A stretch of DNA of 64,000 bases from Bdellovibrionota bacterium (GCA_044360075.1 JBIKLA010000018.1:2053-66052); one strand, 5' to 3'. Positions 10,147 through 19,810 are shown, numbered from the stretch's first letter. Made by a program: numbers and translations. The notes: generated from the sequence alone by a model not told the origin.

Positions 10147-10222
10147 GGGCCTGTAGCTCAGTTGGTAGAGCACTAGCCTTGCAAGCTAGGGGTCCAGAGT
10201 TCGAATCTCTGCAGGTCCACCA
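10147..10222 (+). tRNA. tRNA-Ala (TGC)
   Basis: Acceptor stem GGGCCTG/CAGGTCC with the G3:U70 identity pair, anticodon arm CTAGC-CTTGCAA-GCTAG, T loop GTTCGAA, encoded CCA. Confidence 0.97.
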
Positions 10223-10443
10223 CGATAACCTCTCATCCTCTTCAGTCCTTCCCTGTTGTTTTCTTCTGCGATGCCTCTGGCTCACGAAAAAGCTCTGCTG
10301 TGCTGCGGCTCGCCGTGTCTCTCATAGCCGCGCCCCGCCATCGCGCTTTAGCAGCACGTTTTAGCAGCGCGTTGGTCTCGGGCGAAATGTCTGGGAGCGA
10401 AGAGGTTGGAACTGGGCGGCTGCTCTTGAGAGAGAGCCGAGAT

Positions 10444-10521
10444 CGCATCCAGAGGCTCCGCCAGGGGAGCGGAGAGATGGGCTGATGAGGCTAGGGCATA
10501 TGTAGGGTGCCTCTGGATGCG
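10444..10521. repeat. 13-bp perfect inverted repeat
   Basis: CGCATCCAGAGGC (10444-10456) and GCCTCTGGATGCG (10509-10521), 52 nt apart. Confidence 0.8.
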
Positions 10522-10556
10522 GCGGCATTTACTTCATCCTTTCTGCTTTCCTCCTA

Positions 10557-10982
10557 TTAACAAAAATGAAAATTCATCGTTTCGGGGCTGATGTAACCAC
10601 CATCCCGGCACTGGATGTGCGCGAGACGGAGGAAAACATCGGTGGCGTATTTGGCGTCACTGAGAAACTCAGTGCGCCTGCTGGGAACGGGGCTGTCCCA
10701 GCGCGGGCTATTAACGGAACAGAGCTCCCTTGCCATGCGTGTCGGCACGGTCGCTCTGCTCCAGGTTCCGTCGTTGGGGCGCGACAGGAACCAATTGGCT
10801 TCGTTGCTAGAACTGCTCAGGTCACATGGACGGATGTCCGTGTGAGAGCACTTCTCATCCTCTGCAGTACAATTGGCATGTGAGATATCGATAATGAGGG
10901 AGCGTCGCTTTGGGGCCGGAGCAGCACTGTCCGCTGTGAGCATCTTGTTCGGGGCTGCTACTTTTGAAAACTGCGACTTCAT
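10557..10982 (-). CDS. Possible small hypothetical protein (141 aa)
   Basis: Only sizeable ORF with a plausible RBS (GAGGT about 10 nt before the ATG) in a 1.1-kb gap. No recognisable motif. Confidence 0.35.
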   Translation of the reverse strand: MKSQFSKVAAPNKMLTADSAAPAPKRRSLIIDISHANCTAEDEKCSHTDIRPCDLSSSSNEANWFLSRPNDGTWSRATVPTRMARELCSVNSPRWDSPVPSRRTEFLSDAKYATDVFLRLAHIQCRDGGYISPETMNFHFC

Positions 10983-11299
10983 ACTGCTTACAACCTCACT
11001 TGAGCATGCGCGCTCAATATCCTTCCTTGGGCAAGGTTCGCGCCAACAACGGTGCCGTTGCTGGTTTCAGGCACTTAGGGAATGGCGAGGTGCCCGCATG
11101 CAGAAGCCTCCTTCCCGTTGCTCTGAAAAAAGTTGCGCCAGAAATGTGCAGATGCGCAACGCTCAGGGGATTTCGTAGGCCAAGCTCCGCGAAGGAGCGG
11201 AGGGCGGGGCCGACTGGCGATTTTTGTGCGCTTCGTTGGGGGGACCCCCGGTCATCGGGCAGCGGGGGTGCCGCCAATACACTGTGACCCGTGGCTCCC

Positions 11300-11347
11300 A
11301 AAAATGAGCTGGCCTGCCCGAGCGTGAGGTGACTCGAGCAGGCCAGC
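11300..11347 (-). terminator. Intrinsic terminator after the secreted Cys-rich gene
   Basis: 10-bp stem GCTGGCCTGC/GCAGGCCAGC (11308-11317 and 11338-11347), followed on the minus strand by TCATTTTT, starting 22 nt past the stop. Confidence 0.6.
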
Positions 11348-11369
11348 GATTGTGCGAGTCTACTTCTCC

Positions 11370-11819
11370 TTAATCCTTGCTGCCACGGCCGCGATTGCCG
11401 TTCTTGCTGCCATTCTGGCTCTTGCCGTTGGCACCCGCATCCCACGGGAATCCGCCGTCGGCGTAGCAGGTCTCGTCCTCAGCATCCGCCAGGGCATTCC
11501 TGTAGTCGCGGAGCGACGAGGGATCAACCAGCCCTATTTTTATGAGGGTTTTGAGGGTCGGATACAGCTTTCTGCGGGCACGGGCGAAGCAGGCGTAGCA
11601 GCTCGCTTCAGAGTAGTCGTCATAGCACAGGTCTGAAACCGCCAGAGCCACGCTCTCTGGCGAGACGTACGCGCCGTCTGCGTAGCACGATAGCCCGTTG
11701 AGGGCATCCGACACCTCATCAGCGGAGCACACCTCTTGGGCATGTGCGTCCGTTGCGGGGCATTGGAAGAGGATTGCGGCGGCGCTCAGGGCGCCAAAAA
11801 GAAACGAACGTGCCTTCAT
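11370..11819 (-). CDS. Secreted cysteine-rich hypothetical protein (149 aa)
   Basis: Signal peptide MKARSFLFGALSAAAILFQCPATDAHA, six further Cys residues, and a G/N/K/S-rich tail. Start set at ATG 11819. Confidence 0.75.
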   Translation of the reverse strand: MKARSFLFGALSAAAILFQCPATDAHAQEVCSADEVSDALNGLSCYADGAYVSPESVALAVSDLCYDDYSEASCYACFARARRKLYPTLKTLIKIGLVDPSSLRDYRNALADAEDETCYADGGFPWDAGANGKSQNGSKNGNRGRGSKD

Positions 11820-12033
11820 ACAACTAAAACCTCGTGAAAGGGGTTGGCTATTATATCCTGTCCTTGAGCAAGGTTCGGACCACCCCAGCGCCCACAACTG
11901 GAATCAGTAACTTGTGCTAGGGCTCTCAGGATACGGCTAGAAGGGCATACTGATCGCCATGCACACTTTGCGCAGAACCGCGCTGCCTAAGAGTTTTTGG
12001 CAGGTCGGAGATAGCTTCGAGCCGTAGAAGCCC

Positions 12034-13008
12034 CTAGGCCTGCGCGCGGCTGCGGCTTTGGGCGGCCCGGCGTACGATCTCCTCTGCTGAGGCGCCGGCG
12101 AGGATAACGCCGCCTATGATGGCAAACTCAAGCTGGGTCGGGATGTCGAGCAGCACGATCGCGTTGCGGAGCACCTGCATGAGGGTCGCACCGAGGATCA
12201 CTCCGGTGATGCTGGATTCGCCGCCCTTAAGGCTGCACCCGCCGAGGACCGCGGCAGCGATCGCATAGAGTTCGTAAAAGTTGCCAAAGTCCGAGGGCTG
12301 CGCCGAGTTTACGTCGAGGATAAAGAGCATCCCGCCGAATCCTGCTAGAACCGAGCAGATCACGTAGGCGGCCGTCTTGATGCGACCTGTGCTAATGCCA
12401 CTAAAGCGAGCCGCGACCTCGTTCCTGCCCACGGCCCGAATGTAGAGGCCGTAGGTGGTCTTGCTCATGACGAATCCCGCCATGAGCGCCACCGCCGCTG
12501 TCACAAGCACCACTGCCGGAATAGCGAAGGGAAGGAATCCAAGCCCCGAGAAGGAGCCCGTCGTTATGCTGCGAATCGCGTCGTGCTCCATTCCGAAACC
12601 CTGCGTCTGGTCTCCCGTGATGCCCCTCGCAATCCCACGGTAAAGCAGGAGGCCGCACAGCGTCACGATAAAGGGCTGCAGCCCGAGCTTGGTGATGAGT
12701 GTTCCGTGAAGCAGCCCCAGGAGGACCGAGAGAGAAACGAGCGCCGCAAGTGCGGCTGGCCATGGCCAGCCCATCTGGACTACTAGCCAGGGGAGGAGGG
12801 TGCCAATGAGGCACACAACCGATCCGATTGAGAGGTCGATGCCGCCGCATGTGATGACGAACGAGGCCCCGATGCTGAGCAGGGAAAAGAGCGCCGTTCT
12901 TCGCATCAAGTTCTCGATATTGGCCGGAGCGGCGAAGCGATCATTTGCGGCGTAGATGAACGCGCATGCCACAACGAGCAGAAGGATGAGTCCTAAGTTC
13001 TTTTTCAT
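12034..13008 (-). CDS. Sugar ABC transporter permease (RbsC family)
   Basis: GGIDLSIGS, LQPFIVTL, RAVGRNEVAARFSGI and YELYAIAAAVLGGCSLKGG motifs. Confidence 0.93.
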   Translation of the reverse strand: MKKNLGLILLLVVACAFIYAANDRFAAPANIENLMRRTALFSLLSIGASFVITCGGIDLSIGSVVCLIGTLLPWLVVQMGWPWPAALAALVSLSVLLGLLHGTLITKLGLQPFIVTLCGLLLYRGIARGITGDQTQGFGMEHDAIRSITTGSFSGLGFLPFAIPAVVLVTAAVALMAGFVMSKTTYGLYIRAVGRNEVAARFSGISTGRIKTAAYVICSVLAGFGGMLFILDVNSAQPSDFGNFYELYAIAAAVLGGCSLKGGESSITGVILGATLMQVLRNAIVLLDIPTQLEFAIIGGVILAGASAEEIVRRAAQSRSRAQA

Positions 13009-14504
13009 GCGGCTTTCCTTGAATGGGGCGAGGCGAGGGACATGATAGCGTGCTCCGAAAACTCTGACCGCTGGAGCTCGCCCCGAATCTCGCCCTCGCC
13101 CATAACAATAACCCTGTCGGAGATGCCCAGAACCTCCTCCAGCTCGCTCGATACGAAAAGGATCGCAAGCCCCTTGGCCGCAAGCTCAAACAGAAGCGAG
13201 TAGATCTCGCGGCGGGCGCCGACATCCACGCCGCGGGTTGGCTCATCGAGCAACAGCACGCGCGGGTTGGTCGCAAGGCACCTCGCAAGAACGACCTTCT
13301 GCTGATTGCCCCCGGAGAGCGCCTGCACCGGCTGATCAATCCCGCTGCAGCGCACCCTGAGGGCGCTGATGTAGGAGCGCGAGAGCGCCTGCTCTTCCTG
13401 GCGGTTGCGCAGCCAACGTTGAGAAGCGGCTGCGAGTCTTGAGAGGTTGGCGTTCTCACTGACGGAGCACTCGGCGATGATGCCCTGCTCCTTGCGGCCC
13501 TCGGGCACGAGCGCGATACCGGCTCGGCAGGCATCGCGCGGGGAGCTGATGGTGACAGGCGCTCCGCTAACGGCAATGGCCCCTGCAAGCGCGGGAGAAA
13601 CTCCGAAGATGCTCTCAAGGAGCGCGCTGCGCCCAGACCCAATAAGGCCTGCGATGCCCACAACCTCACCGCTTCGCACCAAAAGCGAGCACGGCGCATG
13701 CGCAGCGGTGGGCTGAAGCGAGGCGACCTCCAGGGCAATGGGACCGGCGGGACGCGGGGCGTAGCCGTAGATGTCTCGAAGCTCACGACCAACTATCATG
13801 CGGATTAGGCCCTCGCGGCTGAATGGCGCCTCCCGAGCCTCTCCCGAGTTCGCGCCGTCGCGGAGCGCGACAACGCGATCCGAGATCTCCTGAATTTCGG
13901 GGAGGCGGTGAGAAACGTACAGGATCGATATTCCTTCGCTCTTGAGGCGCCGGATAAGGGCGAGGAGCTCCTGCGCCTCGCCATCGCTTAGGCTTGAGGT
14001 GGGCTCGTCGAAAATAAGAAGCTGTGCGTCGTAGGCAAGCACTCGCGCTATCTCCACGAGCTGTCGCTCGGCCGGTGAGAGCGACGAGACCCGTCGAGAT
14101 GGCGACAAGCCGACATGGAGCCGCGCCAGCGCAACAGAGGCGATGCGGCTCATCTCGGCCGCGTCGACGACCCCAAAGCGCCGCGGCTCGCGTCCCAGGC
14201 AGATATTCTCAGCAATGGTGAGGTTCTCTGCCAGGCACAGCTCCTGGTGCACGATCCCGATTCCGGCACTGATCGCGTCACGCGGAGAGGAAAACGCCAC
14301 GGGCGAGCCGCGCAGAAGAATCTCTCCTGAGTCGGGCTGCGTGATGCCAGCGATAATTTTTGACAGCGTGCTCTTCCCCGCACCGTTCTCGCCAATGAGT
14401 GACACGATCTCACCAGCATCGATTGACAGCGATACATCGCACAGCACAGGGTTGCTGCCGTATGACTTCGAGATAGAGCGGGCCTCAACGAGCGGAGTCG
14501 TCAT
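13005..14504 (-). CDS. Sugar ABC transporter ATP-binding protein (RbsA/MglA family, tandem NBD)
   Basis: Walker A GENGAGKST, IFDEPTSSL, LSGGNQQKVV and LLDEPTRGVDVGA motifs. Confidence 0.95.
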   Translation of the reverse strand: MTTPLVEARSISKSYGSNPVLCDVSLSIDAGEIVSLIGENGAGKSTLSKIIAGITQPDSGEILLRGSPVAFSSPRDAISAGIGIVHQELCLAENLTIAENICLGREPRRFGVVDAAEMSRIASVALARLHVGLSPSRRVSSLSPAERQLVEIARVLAYDAQLLIFDEPTSSLSDGEAQELLALIRRLKSEGISILYVSHRLPEIQEISDRVVALRDGANSGEAREAPFSREGLIRMIVGRELRDIYGYAPRPAGPIALEVASLQPTAAHAPCSLLVRSGEVVGIAGLIGSGRSALLESIFGVSPALAGAIAVSGAPVTISSPRDACRAGIALVPEGRKEQGIIAECSVSENANLSRLAAASQRWLRNRQEEQALSRSYISALRVRCSGIDQPVQALSGGNQQKVVLARCLATNPRVLLLDEPTRGVDVGARREIYSLLFELAAKGLAILFVSSELEEVLGISDRVIVMGEGEIRGELQRSEFSEHAIMSLASPHSRKAA

Positions 14505-15523
14505 GAGCCGAGCTTCTTGCGCAGATCGGACCAGAATGGGTCGACGTTTGTGCGGTCGATGCGCCGGGCCGGGATGTTGATAAACTTCGATTCCGGGATG
14601 ACAGCCCGGTTTTCGGCCAGAATCTCTTTGAGCAGCAGAACTGATTGAAAGCCATACTCATACGGGTTCTGCACAACAGTCCCAGCCACCCATCCGTCTT
14701 TGATGCCCTGCAGTGTCTCATCCGCTTCGTCGAACGAAAACGCCTTAACACTTCCCAGCTTGCCGCTCTGCTTGAGGGCCTCAAGGCACATTGGGATGTT
14801 GTAGCCGAAGAGCCCCACGACGCCGCTGAGGTCAGGATGCCGCAACATCGCATCCTCACAGTTGGCTTTCGCCTTGACCCGGTCAAACTGGTCAGTCAGC
14901 GTGACGACGATTGAGAAGTTTTCCGCAGACAGCTCCTGGCCTGGGGGATCGTAGCGGCTTGAGTCGAAGCTCCGGCCGAGCACCTCGTCGATAACGCCCT
15001 GCCTGCGCTTGCGCGCGTTATCCTGCTCTAGTCGTCCAACAAAGATCGCAAGCTTTCCGCCCTGTGGCAGGGATTCCTTGATCAGTTCGCCTACCATGCG
15101 TCCGGCCTGATAGTTATCCATTCCGACGTAGGCGAGGCGATTCGTGTTCGGCGCGTCGGAGTCCTGCGTGATGAGGTTGGTCTGAGCCGCGGTGTCATTG
15201 ATAAAGCTGGACTGGTTCGCCGAATCGATCAGGCTGATAGCCACTCCGTCAACGCCGCGAATGAGAAGATCCTCAACGATCCTCTTCTGGTCCGCGATGC
15301 CCTCAGCGGGCATATGTACCGAGACTCGCACCCCGAGATCCTTGCCAGCCGCCTCGGCACCCGCCTTGGCGATCGTCCAGAATGCAGCGATGCCGTTGGT
15401 GATGTAGGCGATGTGGGGACCGCCTTGCCGGGACTGGGGGCTCTTCTTGCAGCCGGCCGAGACCAGCGAGCAGCAGAGCACCGCTGCGACGAAAAGAGAG
15501 GGGAGCAGGAGATTTCTTCGCAT
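14501..15523 (-). CDS. Sugar ABC transporter substrate-binding lipoprotein
   Basis: Signal/lipobox (SAGC). Periplasmic binding protein type-1 motifs FWTIAKAG, YVGMDNYQAG and VVQNPYEYG. Confidence 0.92.
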   Translation of the reverse strand: MRRNLLLPSLFVAAVLCCSLVSAGCKKSPQSRQGGPHIAYITNGIAAFWTIAKAGAEAAGKDLGVRVSVHMPAEGIADQKRIVEDLLIRGVDGVAISLIDSANQSSFINDTAAQTNLITQDSDAPNTNRLAYVGMDNYQAGRMVGELIKESLPQGGKLAIFVGRLEQDNARKRRQGVIDEVLGRSFDSSRYDPPGQELSAENFSIVVTLTDQFDRVKAKANCEDAMLRHPDLSGVVGLFGYNIPMCLEALKQSGKLGSVKAFSFDEADETLQGIKDGWVAGTVVQNPYEYGFQSVLLLKEILAENRAVIPESKFINIPARRIDRTNVDPFWSDLRKKLGS

Positions 15524-15598
15524 GGCGCGGATTATGCGTCATTCGGCATGGGAAGTCAGCCGCTTAGTTCGCAGCAGCAGGCCTTGGGCGGAGGCCAT

Positions 15599-17395
15599 TT
15601 AGAGGTTAAATCGTGCTCCCGATGCGGTCATGTATGTAGTCGTCCCTGAGCCGTCATCGAAGAAGGCCCGGGGGTGGGGGGTGCGGGTCGGCCTCGGAGT
15701 CTTGGTGGGCCTCGGAGTGCGGGTCGGCCGTCGAGTGGGTCGGGCGGTTGGTGTTCGTGTTGGCCTGCGGATTGGCCGGGGAGTGGGGCGCTTCGTTGGC
15801 CTGAGGATTGGCCTGCGGGTAGGCGTGGCCGTCGGTGTCGCCGTCGCGGTTAGCGTTTCAGTCGGCGTGGCGGTTGGGGTGTTCGAGGGAGTAACGGTTG
15901 GGGTTGGAGTCGGATCTCCTGGGTTCTGGGTCGGAGTCGGAGTCGGAGTGTCTGTGGATGTTGCGGTCGGTGTTGACGTTGCCGTTGGAGTCCTGGTTGG
16001 TGTGGCCGTAGCGGTTGGCGCAGGAATATTTCCCGCGCAGTAAGCCGCTGCCGCAGCGATCACACCCGGACCATTGGCGATCGCTCCGGTTGCGACGAGA
16101 CCGCTCAGCGACGGGTAGCTCGTTCCGGTGAGGAGCACGCTGTTAATAAGCTCCGTGACGGAGAGCGTGCGGTTACACACCGATTGCGCCAGGACGAGGA
16201 GCCCCGTGATCTGCGGGGCGGCCATTGAGGTGCCGCTTAAGTAGGCGTATTGGTTTGTGGGGTAGGTGGATGCGATGTCGCTGCCGGGAGCGGAAATATC
16301 CACGGTGTTGACGCCGTAGTTTGAGAAATAGGAAAGATCGCCATCGCTCGTGTTTGATGCGACTGCGATGATGTTGCTTGAGTTGTAGCAGGAGGGGTAG
16401 TTCGCGGTAACGTCGGTGTTAGTCGCCGAGTTTCCGGCAGCCGCAACGAAGACAACACCGGCGGTCCCCGCGTACTGAATCGCTGAGAGGAGGGACGAGC
16501 TAAATCCCCCTCCGCCCCAAGAGTTATTGCTTGCGATGAGGTTGACGCCGCGCTGGCGCATGAGCGAGCCGTAGTCGATGGCCCTGATCGCATTCGCCGT
16601 CGAGCCGCTTCCTGTGGCGCTCAGGAACTTGCCCGCCATGATCTTGACGTTCCATGCAACGCCAGTAACACCGACACCGTTGTTTCCGACCGCGCCGATC
16701 GTCCCCGACACGTGTGTGCCGTGGTATTGATCCTCCATCGGATCCCCATCGTTGTTGCGGAAGTCGTAACCGTAGACGTCGTCGATAAACCCATTGGCGT
16801 CGTCGTCAATGCCGTTGCCAGCGATTTCGCCCGGATTTTGCCACATGTTGGCAGCAAGATCGGGGTGGTCATACCTGACCCCTGTATCGATCACCTGGAC
16901 CACCACTTCACTTGATCCGGTAGTTGTGTCCCACGCAGTGGGAAGTCCCATTTGAATTGCGCCATACAGACTGCCGAAAGCGGGATCGTTCGGGGTTGTG
17001 TCGAGAGCCTTGACCTCCCAGTTCGGATCGCAACTGACATGCCCCCCGATCAGCTTCTTGAGCTGTCTCACCTTTGCCCGGCGGCACGGATCTGTCTTGC
17101 CTGAAAAAGGAACGGGCGCTTCCTGAGCTGCCTGAACACCGGCGCGAGCGCTTGCAGTGCGCTCCTTGACCAAAATGATTCCATCCATGAGGTGATGGGA
17201 CGATAGCCGAGCGGCACGCAGCGCATCGTTACGATTAAGGTCGGAGTTAATCCGTTTCGCGGCTTGCGATCTTCCGGTCGACTTCAAGATCGCCCCGGGA
17301 TACACCTGGCGCACATCGGCCGCAGCGGACGATGCCAGAAGCATCACCACCGTGACCGCCACTCCCAAGATGTGCGCCCTGAGCAGATAACGCAT
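15599..17395 (-). CDS. Secreted S8 subtilisin-like serine peptidase with Pro/Thr-rich tail (paralogue 1)
   Basis: Signal peptide ending AAA, catalytic triad VIDTG / HGTHVSG / GTSMAAP, oxyanion AAAGNS, PT/PR repeats, C-terminus RFNL. Confidence 0.95.
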   Translation of the reverse strand: MRYLLRAHILGVAVTVVMLLASSAAADVRQVYPGAILKSTGRSQAAKRINSDLNRNDALRAARLSSHHLMDGIILVKERTASARAGVQAAQEAPVPFSGKTDPCRRAKVRQLKKLIGGHVSCDPNWEVKALDTTPNDPAFGSLYGAIQMGLPTAWDTTTGSSEVVVQVIDTGVRYDHPDLAANMWQNPGEIAGNGIDDDANGFIDDVYGYDFRNNDGDPMEDQYHGTHVSGTIGAVGNNGVGVTGVAWNVKIMAGKFLSATGSGSTANAIRAIDYGSLMRQRGVNLIASNNSWGGGGFSSSLLSAIQYAGTAGVVFVAAAGNSATNTDVTANYPSCYNSSNIIAVASNTSDGDLSYFSNYGVNTVDISAPGSDIASTYPTNQYAYLSGTSMAAPQITGLLVLAQSVCNRTLSVTELINSVLLTGTSYPSLSGLVATGAIANGPGVIAAAAAYCAGNIPAPTATATPTRTPTATSTPTATSTDTPTPTPTQNPGDPTPTPTVTPSNTPTATPTETLTATATPTATPTRRPILRPTKRPTPRPIRRPTRTPTARPTRRPTRTPRPTKTPRPTRTPHPRAFFDDGSGTTTYMTASGARFNL

Positions 17396-17561
17396 AAAAG
17401 AACCTTATAATGCATGTCGGAAGGATCTCCAGAAAAGTTGAGCCTTTAAGTTGCTTTTCTGGTCGATCAACAAAGCCAATGAAAAAGGAGATGTGGCGCT
17501 ATTCCGGCACAACGATCATGCAAGTAGGGGGGGAGGGGCGGCAACCGGGCGTTGAATGGCC

Positions 17562-19667
17562 CTAGAGGCTAAATCGGGTCCTGTACTTCTCGTCGTACGA
17601 CTCAGGAAAGGTCGGCTGAGGGGTTGCCGTTGGCGTTGCAGTCCGCGTCGGCGTCGCAGTTTTGGTTGGTCTGGGCGTGAAAGTTGGCGTCGCAGTTTTG
17701 GTTGGTCTGGGCGTGAAAGTTGGCGTCACAGTTCGGGTCGGGGTGCTGGTGGGGGTCGCAGTTCGGGTCGGGGTGGCCGTGCGGGTCGGGGTGGCCGTGC
17801 GGGTCGGGGTGGCCGTGCGGGTCGGGGTGGCCGTGCGGGTCGGTGTGGCGGTGCGCGTTGGAGTAGCCGTGCGGGTAGGCGTAGGGGTGCGCGTCGGCCT
17901 TTTCGTTCGGGTCGGGAAAGCCGTAGCCGTGGGTGAGCTTGTCGGGGTAATCGTCAGCGTCGGGGAGGGCGTATCGGTCGGATACGGAGTCGCTGTAAGA
18001 TCCGGAGGAAGGGTTGGAGTGGCGGTCGGCATAGCCGTAGGCGTTGAGGTCGGCGTGACCGGGCTCGGAGGGGTTGTTGGGGTCGGAGATCCGCTGCTGC
18101 ATGCGCTTGCGGCTGCCAGCACGACCCCGAGCCCGTTGGCGATCGCCGAAGTCGCCACCTTGCCGCTTAGCGAGGGATAGACCGTCCCGGTTTTGAGGAC
18201 GCTGTTCATCAGCTCCTGAACGGAGAGCCGACGGTTGCACACCGACTGAGCCAGGGCCAGGAGGCCGGTGATCTGGGGGGTCGCCATGGATGTTCCGCTC
18301 AGGAACGAATAGTTGCTTGGTGGATAGCTTGAGAGAATCGACACGCCCGGAGCGGATATATCAACCGTGGTCGCGCCGTAGTTTGAGAACGAGGCGAGGT
18401 TGCCGCTTGAGTCGTTCGCTGCAACCGAAATGATGTTGCTTGCGCTGTAGCACGACGGGTAGTTCGCCGTTACGTCTGTGTCCATTCCCGAGTTTCCGGC
18501 AGCCGCGACAAAGACGATACCGGCATCTCCTGCAGCCTGAATCGCGGCGAGCAGAGCCGCATTAAAGCCTCCTCCTCCCCACGAGTTGTTGCTGGCCACG
18601 AGGTTCACGCCTCGGCTCTTCATGACGGTTCCGTAGTTGATGGCCTTGATTGCGTTCGATGTGCTTCCGCTGCCGGTCGCGCTGAGAAACTTTCCGGCCA
18701 TGAGCTTCACCTTCCATGCCACTCCGGTTACGCCAGCGCCGTTATTGCCGACCCCTCCGATCGTTCCCGCCACGTGCGTGCCGTGGTAGTGGTCATCGAG
18801 CGGGTCACCTGAGTTCGTGATGGCGTTGATGCCGTAGATGTCATCGACGTATCCATTGGCGTCGTCGTCGATGCCGTTGCCTGCAATCTCGCCCGGATTC
18901 CGCCACATGTTGGCCGCCAGGTCGGGGTGTGAGTAGTAGATGCCCGTGTCGATAATCTGCACGACCACGGTGTTCGAGCCGGTCGTGATGTCCCATGCTG
19001 CGGGCAGCTGCATCTGGGGCGCGCCGTAGAGGTAGCTATAAAGCGAGTCGTTTGGAGTGGTGTCGGTCGCCTTAACCTCCCAGTTCGGAGTGCAGGTAAC
19101 ATGGCCGCCGATCTCCCTCATGATCCGCCGTATCTTTGCCCGCCGACATGGGTTCGTTGCCCCAGAGAATGCCACCGGCGCGTCGCCAGCGCCTGCTGCC
19201 TGAGCAGCAGCCCTGCGGGATGAGGCCTCGTGCACCAGCACGACTCCGTTCATGAGCTTCGTTGACTTAAGACCAGCCGTGCGGAGCGATGAGGTCGTCG
19301 CAAGGTTGGAATTAACGCTGGTTGCGGCGGCCGTGCTGCCGGTCGACTTGAGGACCGCGCCCGGGTAGACGAACTTCTCACTCTCAGCCCAGGCCGCAGC
19401 CGAGTCGAGCGTGCTGGTCGCTACGGCCAGCGTCTCAACGACAACCGCCAGAGCCTGAAAGATATGGCGAAACTGCGAGCCCGTCACAACTGTTACCCAG
19501 GTAGATGAACGGCACTTCGCTGAAGAGTTTGAGTTGTTTGTTTGGGTATTTTGTTGATTTTCAACATTCGCGTTGAAAGGAGTGAGGAGGGGGTATCTAA
19601 ACTGCATACGACTTTTCCCTATACGCCACAGAGTCTCTACCCCCTCCCTGGGCAATAGCCGCGCCAT
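17562..19667 (-). CDS. Secreted S8 subtilisin-like serine peptidase with Pro/Thr-rich tail (paralogue 2)
   Basis: Triad IIDTG / HGTHVAG / [13 protein letters not shown] repeats, C-terminus RFSL. The true start is probably later; GTG 19487 gives a signal-peptide-like N-terminus. Confidence 0.93.
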   Translation of the reverse strand: MARLLPREGVETLWRIGKSRMQFRYPLLTPFNANVENQQNTQTNNSNSSAKCRSSTWVTVVTGSQFRHIFQALAVVVETLAVATSTLDSAAAWAESEKFVYPGAVLKSTGSTAAATSVNSNLATTSSLRTAGLKSTKLMNGVVLVHEASSRRAAAQAAGAGDAPVAFSGATNPCRRAKIRRIMREIGGHVTCTPNWEVKATDTTPNDSLYSYLYGAPQMQLPAAWDITTGSNTVVVQIIDTGIYYSHPDLAANMWRNPGEIAGNGIDDDANGYVDDIYGINAITNSGDPLDDHYHGTHVAGTIGGVGNNGAGVTGVAWKVKLMAGKFLSATGSGSTSNAIKAINYGTVMKSRGVNLVASNNSWGGGGFNAALLAAIQAAGDAGIVFVAAAGNSGMDTDVTANYPSCYSASNIISVAANDSSGNLASFSNYGATTVDISAPGVSILSSYPPSNYSFLSGTSMATPQITGLLALAQSVCNRRLSVQELMNSVLKTGTVYPSLSGKVATSAIANGLGVVLAAASACSSGSPTPTTPPSPVTPTSTPTAMPTATPTLPPDLTATPYPTDTPSPTLTITPTSSPTATAFPTRTKRPTRTPTPTRTATPTRTATPTRTATPTRTATPTRTATPTRTATPTRTATPTSTPTRTVTPTFTPRPTKTATPTFTPRPTKTATPTRTATPTATPQPTFPESYDEKYRTRFSL
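17650..17721. repeat. 36-bp tandem repeat, 2 perfect copies (12-aa T/P-rich unit)
   Basis: GGCGTCGCAGTTTTGGTTGGTCTGGGCGTGAAAGTT repeated twice. Confidence 0.9.
17764..17835. repeat. 18-bp tandem repeat, 4 perfect copies plus degenerate flanks (TPTRTA)
   Basis: CGGGTCGGGGTGGCCGTG repeated four times. Confidence 0.92.
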
Positions 19668-19776
19668 GGTTATATTCCCAAGGCCCTATGGGAGGTTGGC
19701 GAGGCACGCTGGTCGCCATGAGAAGCGCGCTACCGCACGGCTACGCAAATCGTAACCACCCCCGCCACAGCCGTCC

Positions 19777-19810
19777 CCACGAAGTCCCTCCACGAAGTCC
19801 CCACGAAGTC
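19777..19810. repeat. Three direct copies of CCACGAAGTC in the divergent intergenic region
   Basis: Copies at 19777, 19790 and 19801. Confidence 0.85.

Noticed and set aside
10223-11300. Possible 23S rRNA or rRNA fragment after tRNA-Ala
   Set aside because: No conserved 16S or 23S sequence blocks were recognisable.
9203-11900. Possible tRNA-anchored genomic island or mobile HNH
   Set aside because: No integrase, transposase or duplicated tRNA 3' end seen; this HNH type is a common stand-alone chromosomal gene.
17640-17890. Tandem repeats as a CRISPR-like array
   Set aside because: Contiguous, in-frame coding repeats (TPTRTA) with no spacers and no cas genes.
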